Source of the DNA: Octopus sinensis
Lineage: Eukaryota
Assembly: GCF_006345805.1 (NCBI RefSeq)
Contig: NC_043006.1
Coordinates: forward strand, 86,490,001-86,554,000
Direction: 5' to 3'
Length of the DNA: 64,000 nucleotides
The notes under the pieces are model-generated. The model was not told where the DNA came from. It ran no database searches and saw nothing but the letters and a program-made list of their open reading frames with translations. Positions 1-12,486 of the stretch are shown piece after piece (within the stretch, counting starts at the first letter, position 1; each line of letters begins with the position of its first letter). The translations under genes and the position numbers were made by a program.

Positions 1-791
1 CTTTATTTACAGAAGATGTGTATGTGTGCACACATACATGTATGAATATGTGAGTTCATATATGTGTGTGTGTGTGAGAGAGAGAGAGGGTTAGAGAAAG
101 GCAGCAAATTGGTGGAGTTGGTAGTGTTGAAAAGAATACCTGGCAGTATTTGTTCTGACACTTGGTACTCCAAATTCAAAAACCCACCAGGATCAGGTTT
201 TGCCTTTTTGTCCTTTCAGGACCAAAAAAAAACAAAACAAAAAAAAACCGGTCAATTCAAGGGCCAATCCAGGGTGGATAATTAGTGGAACTGCTAAGAT
301 GTTGGTCAAGCTACCCACTTTGCATTCTGACAGAAATGCCTGGAACCATTCTACTTTTATATATCCAGGTCAGGTACGGAGGCGTGCATGATTGCAATAC
401 ATTACTGCATCCACCATTTGTCAGTATTCACTTGGGTCATCCCAAGCAACCATCTGAGCAGTGTCCCAGTCACTCCCCATCTCCATGACATACTTCCTCA
501 TCCTCTGTGACCATGTGGCATGTGGTCAACCAACACAAGCCATCACTACAGCTTGATCCTTATATGCAGGATCATACACTAAACCATATTGATCCAAGTC
601 AGAGGCCTTTCTTTTGAATAAACATTGATAATGTGGAGAGGGAAGTCTTGCAAGCATGGGCAACTGCCAGCCTTTCTCAAAAATATCTTGCCCAGTCTTA
701 CAAGAATGTACATATGAATGGTTTCCCGAGATGACGATTCAGGGTTAAAGAGAAAAAAAAAATAAAATAAAAATGCTATGTAACATCTTAC

Positions 792-873
792 CTGGTCATA
801 TTCTTCTTGTGTAATAATTTCGCTGATAACAATACTGAGTAATGTGTGCAGCTCAACCTCTGAAGTTTTATAC
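792..873 (-). CDS. M1 aminopeptidase exon (82 nt, phase 2 to 0): (R)YKTSEVELHTLLSIVISEIITQEEYDQ
   Basis: Acceptor tactattacAG and donor GTaaga; open in the required phase; the 82-nt size matches the penultimate coding exon as I recall it for vertebrate M1 aminopeptidase genes. Confidence 0.85.
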
Positions 874-1112
874 CTGTAATAGTACGTAAATCACTTGCTT
901 AATAATGAAATAATATATTATTTAATTATCATCATCATCATTATCATCATTTTAATGTCCACTTTCATTATGTTTGCATGAGCTGGACAAAGCTGAGACA
1001 GATCTTTTATGACTAGGTACATTTCCTGACACCAACCATCATGTTCCTAAGCAAGGCAATCTTTCCCTATGACTAATCATGTTTTCATAGAATATTGGAA
1101 ATGAATGACAGT

Positions 1113-1690
1113 GAGGGCACATGGCTTAATGGTTAGGATGTTTGGCTCATGATCATAAAGTTGTGAGTTCAATTCCCATCTGTGTGTTGTGTCCTTGAGC
1201 AAGACACTTTATTTCACATTGCTCCAGTCCATTCAGCTGGCAGAAATGAGTTGTACTTGCAATTCAAAGAGCCAGCTTTATCTCATTTTGTGTTACGCTA
1301 AATCTCCTCAAGAACTATGTTAAGGGTACATGTGTCTGTGGAGCACTCAACCACTTGCAAGTTAATTTCACGAGCTGTCTGTTCCATTGATTGGATCAAT
1401 CAGAAACCCTCATCGTTGTAAGGCGGCGAACTGGCTGAAACGTTAGCATGCCGAGCGAAATGCTTAGTGGTATTTCGTCTGCTGCTACATTCTGAGTTCA
1501 AATTCCGCCGAGGCCGACTTTGCCTTTCAACCTTTTGGGGTTGATAAATTAAGTACCAGTTATGCACTGGGGTCGATCTAATCAACTTAATCCCTTTGTC
1601 TGTCCTTGTTTGTCTCCTCTATGTTTAGCCCCTTGTGAGCAATAAAGAAATAAGAAACCCTCATCATTGTAAACAATAGAGCGCCAGAAA
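1113..1690 (+). mobile_element. tRNA-derived SINE with CORE-like segment (family B), interrupted by a younger SINE
   Basis: tRNA-like head (ggcacatggcttaatggttagg...gagttcaattccc), CORE-like gtgtccttgagcaagacactt; body resumes after 1672. Boundaries approximate. Confidence 0.7.
1422..1652 (+). mobile_element. tRNA-derived SINE (family A) with 20-bp TSD
   Basis: Head ggcggcgaactggctgaaacgttagc, B-box-like gagttcaaattcc; flanked by agaaaccctcatc(g/a)ttgtaa at 1402-1421 and 1653-1672. Confidence 0.88.
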
Positions 1691-1797
1691 TGGATGATTC
1701 TGCTTGTATAACAGTAACACTCATTTACAATTAATACATGATATCAAGATAGGGAAGGAAAGATAGATGGACAGGCAGGCAGACAACCAACCAGACC

Positions 1798-1829
<32 letters not shown>

Positions 1830-2145
1830 ATATGACTGGTTTCTTTCAGTTTACATCTACCAAGTCCACTGAAAAGGCATTGACTTGCCTAAAGTTCTGC
1901 ACAAAAGAATCTGAAATTACATGGCTGAGAAACAAACTTCTTAATCACTGCTTTTATGCATCTCTATAGTGAATGTACAAAACAATTGTAAGTTTTCAGT
2001 AGAAGAGGAATGATTTCAAATCCTGGCTAGACACATGATTTCCTGTTTTAACCATTTAGCATTTATACCAGCCACATTTTATCTGTTTTATGTTCAAACT
2101 GGCCAGATCTGACCTCTCACACCTACACTACAATGTCATTCTAAA

Positions 2146-2455
2146 CTGATAGTATGTTGTCAACTTAATGTGACAGCCATGCTACTCCAGACTGATGATG
2201 AGCAATGACTCTGAAACTAGTCTCTGGATGCAGGCTTTGCTGGGTGGAGGTGCTTATCTACACTTTGAAATCATAAGGACACAGGTAATGTGTCAAGTCC
2301 AACAGGAAATTGTATTTCCTTGGGCTAAATAACAGTAGTATTCTTCCCTTTCATGGGACTCGCACATTAAGTTGACAACATACTATCACTTTATCGTGCA
2401 GCCACTGCATAAATCTCACTGAGAGATTTAGAAATCTATTATTTCTATTTTCAAA
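2146..2455 (+). mobile_element. 310-bp non-autonomous insertion, probably Penelope-related or retrozyme-like, with 11-bp TSD and a 26-bp inverted repeat
   Basis: Direct repeat gtcattctaaa at 2135-2145 and 2456-2466; perfect inverted repeat tgatagtatgttgtcaacttaatgtg at 2147-2172 and 2363-2388; contains a hammerhead motif. Confidence 0.65.
2186..2228 (+). ncRNA. Minimal type I hammerhead ribozyme motif
   Basis: UCCAGA-CUGAUGA-U-GAG-caauga-CUC-U-GAAA-C-ua-G-UC-UCUGGA. Stem I is 6 bp, the core is intact, stem II is 3 bp with a U.U closing mismatch, stem III is the palindrome ACUAGU, and the cleavage triplet GUC is at 2220-2222. Confidence 0.7.
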
Positions 2456-3212
2456 GTCATTCTAAAAATAAACAATCGCATCATCAAAATCTTGAAGCTA
2501 TGAGTTACTCTCTGTTTACTCTTTACTCTTTTACTTGTTTCAGTAAAGGGTTAAAAGTACAAGTTAAATTTATTTAGGGCTGGAACTATCGTATTATTTC
2601 ATGTTTAGGAGGGCTAACATTTAATAGGGTTGAAAACTTATTCGATGAACTCAGAAATATCAGAAGACAAGCATTTCAAAGTAACAACTATGAAGTATAG
2701 TTGTCTCAGCTTTTGTATGTGCAGTCCAAAACAAAAGCAAACTATTTCAAATTATATATTTTCGAAAAATAGATGTGAATGTTTTCAAAGACTTGATAAC
2801 AGTCAAAAAACCTTTTTTAATTTTATATTTCACTGTTAGCTGTTGCACTATTTTGACTGGATAGACAATTCTACAATTCAAACTGTAAAGTCAATATACA
2901 AAAGTTGCAAAATACGAAGAATTTCTTACCTTCCTCTGAAATCACAAATTCAAGGGAAAAATAGTACTTTGCAAAATAAAATACGTTGATCACAATCTAG
3001 TTACCACTGAAGAATTGAGATGCTGAGTGATAGTGAGAAAACAATATCTGTACGAAGGTAGACACACACACACACACACAGAAGTTTGTGTGTGTGTGCG
3101 TGCATACACCTTATTTTTGGTACAGAAAGAATTTTATCCCCCAGTTTTTATTGCCTTTGAGGTCAAAAGCCACTGTTCTGGGTACAAAGTAACCAGTTTT
3201 TCAACAATAACA

Positions 3213-3254
<42 letters not shown>

Positions 3255-3327
3255 CTGAGAGAGAGACAGAGTGAAAGAAAGAAAGAGGGAGAGACAGAGA
3301 GTCTAAGAGATGTGTGTTTGGTACACG

Positions 3328-3422
<95 letters not shown>

Positions 3423-3444
3423 GTCTATCTATCTATCTATCTAT
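3328..3444. repeat. (TCTA)n microsatellite
   Basis: About 29 near-perfect TCTA units. Confidence 0.97.
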
Positions 3445-4673
3445 CAACCCAAGCTAGCCAAAGCCTTGTGAATGGATTTGGTAGATGGAAACAGAAAAAA
3501 AGCCAGTTGTATATGTGTTTGTGTGTGTGTGTGTGTGTATTTATATGTATGTATGTATGAATGTTTGTATGTATGCATAAGTATACATCCCCTGCTTTCA
3601 TCACCAATTCTTCTTTTTCTTGTCTTTTCAGTTGAAGTTGTTCTTATTTTCATTGTTTTGGATTTCTTTTGTTTTTCTTTTATCTCCCTAGGGAATTCAT
3701 TGACATGCATTTTTATTTACTTTTTTTGTTTCTCTTAAATTTATTTACAACACACCTTCGTATTTTTTTCCTCCTCTAGCTTGAAATTTTCAGTTAACAT
3801 CTTAACCAAAGTAAATAAATGGCTCATCTATGTACTATGATCTTAACATGAGGCCCTTCAACCGCGGAGGTCTCCTGTGACCGCAGGGGTTGCAGGGGCT
3901 TAGCGATGGCCCTGGTTCTAGTCTAGTTTTTAGAATAGGTATACTGCATTCCTATATAAGAAGAGGTGACTCAAAGTGTTATCAGAAAAGGCTTCCAGCT
4001 ATATAGTACAGACTTAAAATGACCCATGCTGGTAGAGAAGAGCAGAAGCAAAAGTAATGATAACATACATATATACATGCTGTAATTCTCCAAAAATCCA
4101 TTATAATTGAATTTTGATTGAACTTCATCCAAGTTTAGCTTAATTCGCGCGTGCATAGAACGCATGAGCCGGGCAATACTGCTAGTATACATATATATAT
4201 TAAATGGTCACATAATGTTTGAGCCACCTTGTACATTTTGAACAGTTATTGCACTGTTTATGCAGAGAGAGCACTGTCATTTAAATGTAACATTTATTAT
4301 GTTTGATAAATTTTTACATTTATCTTCATATTTTGTTTATTTTACACAGATTATACTCATAGCATTGTTCAATATCAGGCATCTTCAACTTGTTTCTAAA
4401 TAATTAATGTGTAATAGTGAGTTATTTTATGATTTGAAAATCTTTGCTATTCTATGGCTGATAATAAGATACCATTGGCAAACAGAAGAGAGTCAGGATT
4501 CACATACAATGCAATTCCAGGTAGAGAGACCAATGTGAGCCTCTTTCAAGAGGAAGTCAGAAGAGGGTGTGGTGTAGGAGGTCAAGAACTAGCCAGCTAT
4601 GTTAGATAGAGATCAATTATGGGGAGTGAAGAGAATTTAGACTGCTGAGAAATCCCAGTTTTGAGTTTAGAGT

Positions 4674-4898
4674 ACTTTACTCTCTCATTTACTCCTTTAC
4701 TTGTTTCAGTCATTTGACTGTGGCCACGCTGGAGCACCGCCTTTAGTCGAGCAAATCAACCCCAGGACTTATTCTTTGTGAGCCTAGTACTTAATCTATT
4801 GGTCTCTTTTGCTGAACTGCTAAGTTACGGGGACGTAAACACACCAGCATCAGTCGTCAAGCGATGTTAGGGGGACAAACACAGACACACTAACATAT

Positions 4899-4956
<58 letters not shown>

Positions 4957-5127
4957 TATATATATATCTGACAGGCTTCTTTCAGTTTCCGTCTACCAAA
5001 TTAACTCACAAGGCTTTGGTCAGCCCAAGGCTATAGTAGAAGACACTTGCCCAAGGTGCCACGCAGTGGGATTGAACCTGGAACCATGTGGTTGGTAAGC
5101 AAGCTACTTATCACACAGTCACTCCTA
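4674..5127 (-). mobile_element. tRNA-derived SINE (family C) with internal (CA)/(TA) microsatellite
   Basis: Minus-strand head ...gtgataagtagcttgcttaccaaccacatggttccaggttcaatcccactgcgtggcaccttgggcaagtg; many related copies, e.g. 16620-17004, 33401-33700, and split copies at 12300-13820 and 34285-35575. Confidence 0.85.
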
Positions 5128-5653
5128 TTCCTATCTAATGTTTGTAAGATCATCAGTGAGCTGGCAGTATTGTTAGCATGCCAGGCAAAATGTGTAGCAC
5201 CATTTTGTCCATTTTCACATTCTGAATTCAAATTCTGTCAAGGTCCACTTTGCTTTTCATCCTTTTGGGATTGATACAAGTTGAGAAATTGATACCAGTT
5301 GAGAAATTGCTGGCCTTGTGCTAAAATTTGAAATATCAGCTTTTGCTTAAGTGAAAATGGTAATAACCTTTCACTTTCACTGAACAGTGTTAGAAAATAT
5401 TGATATCTGTCTGCGTGAAAAACACTTTTAAAACCACTTCTAATTATTTAAAATTTCACAGAAATAAAACAAACATCTCAAGAATTACACTGATGGATAA
5501 CCTGATGTAAAAGGAGTATGCAAAGATATCAAAAAGTGACATTCTCTTCTACCAATGTTCATGTCTCCTGGGATTGCCAAGATATTACCAAATTTGTTTC
5601 CTTTGTAAATTCCTTTCTATCATGTAAATGCCAAACAATAAAATGCAACTGAC

Positions 5654-5794
5654 CTTTCAGTAAGTTCATCCCAGTGCAGTTCTATAAACCGCCATGCAAG
5701 TAATCTTCCTGCCACAGAATCTGACACTGATGCGAAAACTATAAAAAGATCCTGAGTTCGGATTTTGTCTTTGTCCATCGCATAAACTAGTAAT
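5654..5794 (-). CDS. M1 aminopeptidase exon (141 nt, phase 2 to 2): LLVYAMDKDKIRTQDLFIVFASVSDSVAGRLLAWRFIELHWDELTE(R)
   Basis: Acceptor attttctttttcAG and donor GTcagt; lies inside ORF 5620..5814(-); IRxQD and G..LAW.F...W motifs. Confidence 0.93.
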
Positions 5795-8700
5795 CTGAAA
5801 AAGAAAATACACACAAATTAAAAATACAAAATTATTGATTTTGCTGAGGGTGTTTGTCTAAATACTAAGCGGGTTTCAAAATGTTTAGTATAAAAGGAAA
5901 TAAGTGCAGTGATAATTTTGGAGTAAGTGCATAATTAAATATTAATTAACAAAAAAACAACAACTTTGTTTTACATTTTGTTTACACATCTGTTCTACAA
6001 GAAAAAAGTTCTGTACCCATGATCCTTCATAAGGTTTATGAGACTGGTGGTAGAGAGGGAGAAAGTCAATCTCAAACCAGAGACTTAACACAACCACTTG
6101 CAATAGAGTAGACTTTGTTAAAGCACTCAGAGACCTGGAGAGTTTGAACTCAAAAGTACAAAGATTTAGAACAAATACTGCAAAGGACGCTGTCCAACAT
6201 CATAATTTTTTCATCTGTTCCCCATCCTGGTTAGCCTAAATGTTTAGTAGAAAACACTTGCTTAAAGTGACATTAAAGTGACTGAACCCTAAAACATGTA
6301 GTTGAGAAGTAAACTTTGTAACCTCACAGCTACAGGGGTCTATTGAAAAATGGCTTTCACAACTTCCATTGATGCTACAGTTACCATACCAGGAAGGATG
6401 AAAAGCAAAGTTGATCTTGGTGGGGTTTGAAACTAGAATGCAAGGAACCAAAACATACAACATATGGCATTTTGTCCAATGTTGTAACAACTCTGTCAAT
6501 TCACTCCCTATGCTGTCATTTCACCTAAAATGTTACCAATCTCTTACATTCTCTTTGTATGTGTCAACTGATAAATATGTTTATGTAAAACCACTCTCAT
6601 ACATAAAGGAATTTGGTCAGAATTTCAGCTGTCTGCTCAATTGAACTACATGGTTTATTGAATAAGCACATAAGTGGCTATTCCACAAATGCATGTACTC
6701 TCAATGTAATTCTCTGGTAGACTCAGTAGTACATTGTGTGACAAAACCAGACTTTAGAATTACAGGTGCAGACCATCCAATGGGCTTCTACACAGGATTG
6801 ATTTATCTAATTTCATCTACACATTCTGGGACTCGACTTATGGTTGTCAAAAACGATATTTGTGTGAGGTAGTGCACAGGGGTATTGAAACTGAGACCTC
6901 ATGAGTGTAAATCAAACTTCTTAACCAGTTGGCCATACTGTGCCTATCCACTTGCACACATATAAATGTATATATAATATGGTATACTATTCAGTTATTG
7001 ATGGGGTTAGCAAAAAAGTACTTTATCCAGAATGAGATAAATATCATTTAATATACACAGGACTTAAATGCAATTTATTTTAAGTTCCATGACTCTGAAT
7101 ATACAATAGTTGGCCAAACTTGTATAGCATGCCGTGTGCTATCAGGCAATCATTTGCTCCCAAGAGTACACAGCACACTCCACAAGCTCGTCCAATTATT
7201 GTATTTTCTGAGGCATGAAACTTATAGTAGCTTGCATGTGTATATCAAATGTGTATATATACATACACACCACACACAGAGTTGCAGTTTCAGACTTACA
7301 GGCTCCAGACTAAATTGTCAATAGTTAAACATGATTTCATAGTTTCCAAGGAGTGAGTCTGTTTGATTTGTAATATTTGAGACAGAAAGGATTAGGGGTT
7401 TCACAGTTGTTTAATAGAAAGAAAATTAAACATTGAAAATTTTTTAAATAGCATTAACTTTCCAGTAGCATTTTGAAATTAATTCTGTCTCTTATAAAAA
7501 CAACTAAGAATATTGTGTATCAAAGTATTATTGTTTTTGTATACTACTTCAAATTATTATTTTTCCCTTTTTAGAATGCCATTCAATACCCAATTATAGA
7601 ATTAGTTCAATACTTGCTTCTTACCTTTGTAGGTATTTTATACGTAGCAATCAGTTATTGTACTGGTAAATCTAGTTATTGCTAGTGTAAAGACAGTCTC
7701 CAGAAGTAAGCTAGAGGTAGTCTACACTGACATGAAATACAATGGAAATATAAACAGTAAGAGCTGATGTTACTGTCTAAGCCCAGGTCAGTAAGAAAAA
7801 CTATTTCATAGTGATATTATATGTATGAAAAAACATCTTGACCCACATGATGTCTTATTCTTTTTACTTTAAGTTTTTAGTAAATATTCCTGTTTTTTTT
7901 TCATTGAAGTTATGAGGTAGTTCTACATAGAACTATAGGAAACTTGTAATCTTTAGCCTGTTCCTAACCTTCTAGGGGATTTTCCATTCCTCTGATTAAA
8001 TTTCTGCTGGGTATTTGAGTTTTTATTGTTAATGTCTGATGTGTGTATGAAGAGGCTGAATATGTTTCTATAAAGAAAGAGGGGCCAGCCATCGATTTAA
8101 TGATTCTGTGTGATTAATTCACTTCAATGCCCTGGTTAGAGAGGTTAACTAGTATTGTAAGTTTTCATATACATAAGCTAAATTGAACACAACATTCAGG
8201 TGGTTTAACACTCATTGTTAGATATATTTTGGAATGGCTACTCATTGTGCTTGGAAACATGAACAGAGCTAAAGAATTTGGTCTGTTCTATTGAAAAAAT
8301 GGCTTTCATTCATTTCCACTAAATTACAAGATTTAGCACATTAATAGATAAATTACAGCAAATTATAATACAGAGTAATTTGTCAATAGAAATGTATACT
8401 TGGCATTTTTTACATACACTTCCCTGAATTTGTATGAGTGCACTCACTTACTCACACATCCACACACACACACACACACACACACTCACTCACACATGTG
8501 TATGTGTGCATATGTAATGTTGCCTTCATAGATGCACATACCTACATAGGTGCCTATTCACCTATCTGAGCACTAAGTATTATAAAGAAAAGGTAAATTG
8601 TTAGCTAGCTGAATTTGTAAATTTTGTTTCAGCAGTATCGTTTGCTCATCTTCTAACTACCTTTGAAAAAGGCAGCTTGCTGTAATATCACATTATTCAT

Positions 8701-9133
8701 CTTCAACAAATCTAAAGCTTATAATGGCCTATATAAGAAAATTAAAGCAGTCCAACAAACTAGATGCTGAACTACATTTTAGTATGATTTTTAATTGATT
8801 TATAATTAGAAGTAAAATTAATAATATGTATATATACTCTTCTTGAGTAGAAAATAAGAAACAAAAAAGAAAAAAAAAATGAAATTAAGGTTTCTTTTGG
8901 TTAATTTTTTTTTAATATTTGTATTTTCATTTAATGATAATTTCCAGTTTCACACTCTCATTAGAATGTAAAGAGTTTCTGGTTATCTTACTTGAAGAAG
9001 CACCTACAAAGAACAAGATTAGATTCATGTCTTTATTGATTTTTGTTCAGAGTTAATGGCTGTTCTAATATTTTTAGAATTATTCTTTTAAGCCACAAAA
9101 TGCAATTGTGGATTTTCTAAAGATGATACTCAC

Positions 9134-9301
9134 CTGCTTAAATCTTCACTATTTGGTGTGTGACCAAGTGCCGATAAAATTTTTGTCTTTAAAAGTGGAT
9201 TAGTTGATTCTGAATAAACATCCCAAAGATATTTCCATATTTCTGATGACCCTGTTTTAATGGCGCTTCTCAAGACGATGGAGAAGATTTCTGGATTTAT
9301 G
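9134..9301 (-). CDS. M1 aminopeptidase exon (168 nt, phase 2 to 2): INPEIFSIVLRSAIKTGSSEIWKYLWDVYSESTNPLLKTKILSALGHTPNSEDLS(R)
   Basis: Acceptor tttttcatttcttcAG and donor GTgagt; lies inside ORF 9130..9465(-); matches the IPxDLRxxVY...W..LW..Y...KILxAL pattern of M1 peptidases. Confidence 0.92.
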
Positions 9302-11189
9302 CTGAAGAAATGAAAAAGAATATAAATACAAAAACAGCATGCAAGACTATTTTTGACATTTAAATAAAAATGAATCCTTAAGACATTTAAATAAAAATGA
9401 ATCCTTAAGCAAGTAAAGTTAAGAGTGTGCCTGATTACACAAAAACAATGCAAACCATAGAACATAAGCTTACACAGAGTTAAGTTGGAGCTTTATCTGT
9501 TCATCTACTTTGCTTTTGGCAAAGAGTTTTATCCAATCAAGCTTTTGAATTTTTGCAAAACCGGCACTTGAAGTCTATACTGGAACACATTTTCCTTTAA
9601 ACTAAAAGTATATGTTTTCTGATTTATATTACCATCATCTTTTATGTCTGCTTTCTATGCTAGCACGAGTTGAATGAGTTGTTTATTTCTAAGTCAGTTT
9701 TACTGGAAGCAATGGCATGTGTAGGCTGGTGCTCACGCATTCTATTTTGGCTTTGTTTCTATGTCAGGATGTTAAAGAATACTGGGTACATTCTAGTATA
9801 GTAGTGGCACTATAGATATCATGATGTCCTTGATGAGACAGGACTAAAAGGGTATCTCAGCCTGACTCTGTGTACTCAGCTTGCTTGGCAATCACTGTCC
9901 CAAAATTCCATCTTTTTGCCTATGTAAGAAATCAACAATTCCAGTTGCTGATAGACATTATCAAATAATTATAGAGCTACATTAGATAATCCACATATGA
10001 TATAAATGAACAATACAAACATGTGTGTGTGTGTGTGAAGCAAAATTTTGTCTGGAATCTATATATTTTGCAAATGTAAATGTTAATGGGTGTATGAAGC
10101 ATATAAACCCAGTTCTAGAAGCCTTGTTTTGTGAAAGACAGGCTGTGCAAAGCCTGAAGTAAAATGTGAACCTCTGTAGTAGTGAGATGTAAAGAGAAAT
10201 GAAGGAAACACAATTAGATATATAATATTGGTTCTAAATTTTTACACAAAGCCAGCAATTTCAGGTGAGGGGTAAGTTGATTACATCAACTCTAGAGTTC
10301 AACTGATACTCACTTTATCAGATGAAAGACAAAGTCAACCTTGGCGAAATTTGAACACAGAACCTAAAGTCAAATGAAATACTGCTAAGAATTTTACCCA
10401 GCATGCCAATGATTCTGCCAGCTTGCCATCTTCTTTAGGTATATAATATTAACCAGTGTTAGTGGCAGAATACAATCAAGCAGCTGAGAATGACTGGGCA
10501 TTAAATATATCAAAGTTTGCATAAAAAATGGCCATGTTGGTATGGAAATACGATACAAATTGATCATGTTTTTCCTAACATCAACTGTGCAGTGTATGCT
10601 GGAAGCATTTTTGTTATGGCAGCAACAATAGAGAGGATATCATATCCTCAACAAAACTACCGGATTTTCTCAATTGCATTACCAAGTGTATTGGGTACAT
10701 TTTATAAAAGCACCAACACTAGTGATAAATTGTACCTTACAAGACAAAAGACTCACAGTGTTGTTTGGGCAATGTGAAATAGGTGAGAGAATTTGATGAG
10801 ATAGTTATGGCAGGCTGTAATGAGATAGAGGGGAAGTAATCGCAGAAGAACATGGAAAGGAAACACTAAAGGAAGCTCTCTGGGGAGAGAGAAATGGATA
10901 GGCATAGAAGTAGTTGGTGGTAAGAGAGTGTAATGGAAGTCAATAATGAGTGGTTGTGGGGGGTGGGGGGAGGTTATGGGCTGGAGGGGTACATATCAGA
11001 TACTGTTATGCTTATCAGGTATAATGATATAAGTATAAAGTCAGAAGGTACTATCTGCACCTCTCTACCGTATAAGAGAGTCTTGAATAGATAATAGGGT
11101 TAGCAGATAGAAACTTGGCAGGTACAAAATTCACCTGAGGCTTGGATGTAGAAACATATCATGTCTCCATCCTTGACCAAATTTTATAA

Positions 11190-11730
11190 TTTGTTTGTCA
11201 TTCTTGGCATGGTAGTCAAGTGTTTCTTCAGCGCAGCCTGTTGCCAACCATACCACCTTCATGAGATATAACATCATGGAATCAGTTTACACTACTTTGT
11301 TCCTATTCTTCTTCAGTTTCTGTCTTCCTCAGAGTTCATTCACTATAAAAGCTTGACTCTTCTTCATACAATTCACATTCTCTATATGATGCATCACATG
11401 AAAACACCAGCACAGTCTTCTCTCTTGCACACTTTATCAAATTCTTCCTATATCTAATCATTCTCTCAGCTTATTTGTGCTCTGTCCTTCATGTACACTA
11501 ACATTAGTCATACAATGAAGCTTGCTTGCTTTTTTCCTTCTAGACTTCACAAATCTGCATTGAAGGCCCATGTCTTAATATTACACAATCTGCCATCCCT
11601 ACTTTGGTTATTTCCAGTGCTGATCATGCCACTCAGGTAGTAGAAGCCATCAGCTACTTTGAGGTTGCCATCCAGACATTTGAGAGAATCTTTTGTATCA
11701 CATTTGTTGCTGAGTTTCACACAGACGATG
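11190..11730 (-). mobile_element. Old degenerate RTE LINE ORF fragment
   Basis: Minus-strand remnants SLKCLDGNLKVADGFYYLSGMIST and VQERR resemble the better-preserved RTE at 22050-22946. Confidence 0.6.
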
Positions 11731-12486
11731 ACAAGTGATTGAAACTTCTGGCGATTTGCTGCACTTGAGAAGACACACCAAGCTTAGTGAAATTGTGGTT
11801 GTGCCCAGTGCTGGTGACTCATCAAAGGCACCTGTGCCAGTGACCTAAAAGGAACCTGTGCTAATGAAATGTAAAAGACACCCAGTACACTCTCTAGAGT
11901 GGTTGGCATTAGGAAAGGCATCCAACCATAGAAACCAAGTCAAAACAGATTGGAACCTAGTGCAGCTCTCCAGCTTACTAGCTCCAATCAAACTGTCTAA
12001 CCCATGAAAGTATGGAAAATAGACATTAAATGATGATGATGATAATGATGGTGACATTCTAACTTAATTGAGTCAAATTACTCTTTCTCTGTCCAAAGAC
12101 AAATATGCCAAAAAAAAAAAAGACATATTTACATATCTGTTTATTGTATATTCTTTTACCAAAAGAAAAAGAGTGAATGATCTTATTCTAATTTTGAGTC
12201 TATTTAGAATCACCCACTATAACCATGTACATATCCTCCTGTCATTGGAAAATGTATAGATTTATATACCCAACAAATATCTTTTGTCTCTTTTATCTTT
12301 CTTTGCTTCAGTTACTTGAATGCTGGGGCACCGCCTTGAAGTTTTAGTCAAATGTATCAACTTCAGTACTTATCTTTTAAAGCCTGGTACTTACTCTATC
12401 ATTGTCTTTTGCCAAACTACTAAATTATGGGGATGTAAACACACCAGCACCAGTGGGGGTGACAAACACAGACACACACACACACC

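Larger units (their letters stand above)
2048..2554 (+). mobile_element. piggyBac-like MITE (TTAA-flanked), split by a 310-bp insertion
   Basis: Starts ttaaccatttagc and ends taaagggttaa; an uninterrupted related copy lies in reverse orientation at about 25660-25870. Confidence 0.55.

Noticed and set aside
1422-1500. tRNA-like heads with A- and B-box motifs (also at 28305, 25330 and in family B and C copies)
   Set aside because: They are SINE heads followed by SINE bodies; no complete cloverleaf, so no tRNA genes are called.
10517-10777. 86-aa plus-strand ORF, with a CSVCWKHF motif in an overlapping frame
   Set aside because: No recognisable domain or convincing splice sites; too short to support a call.
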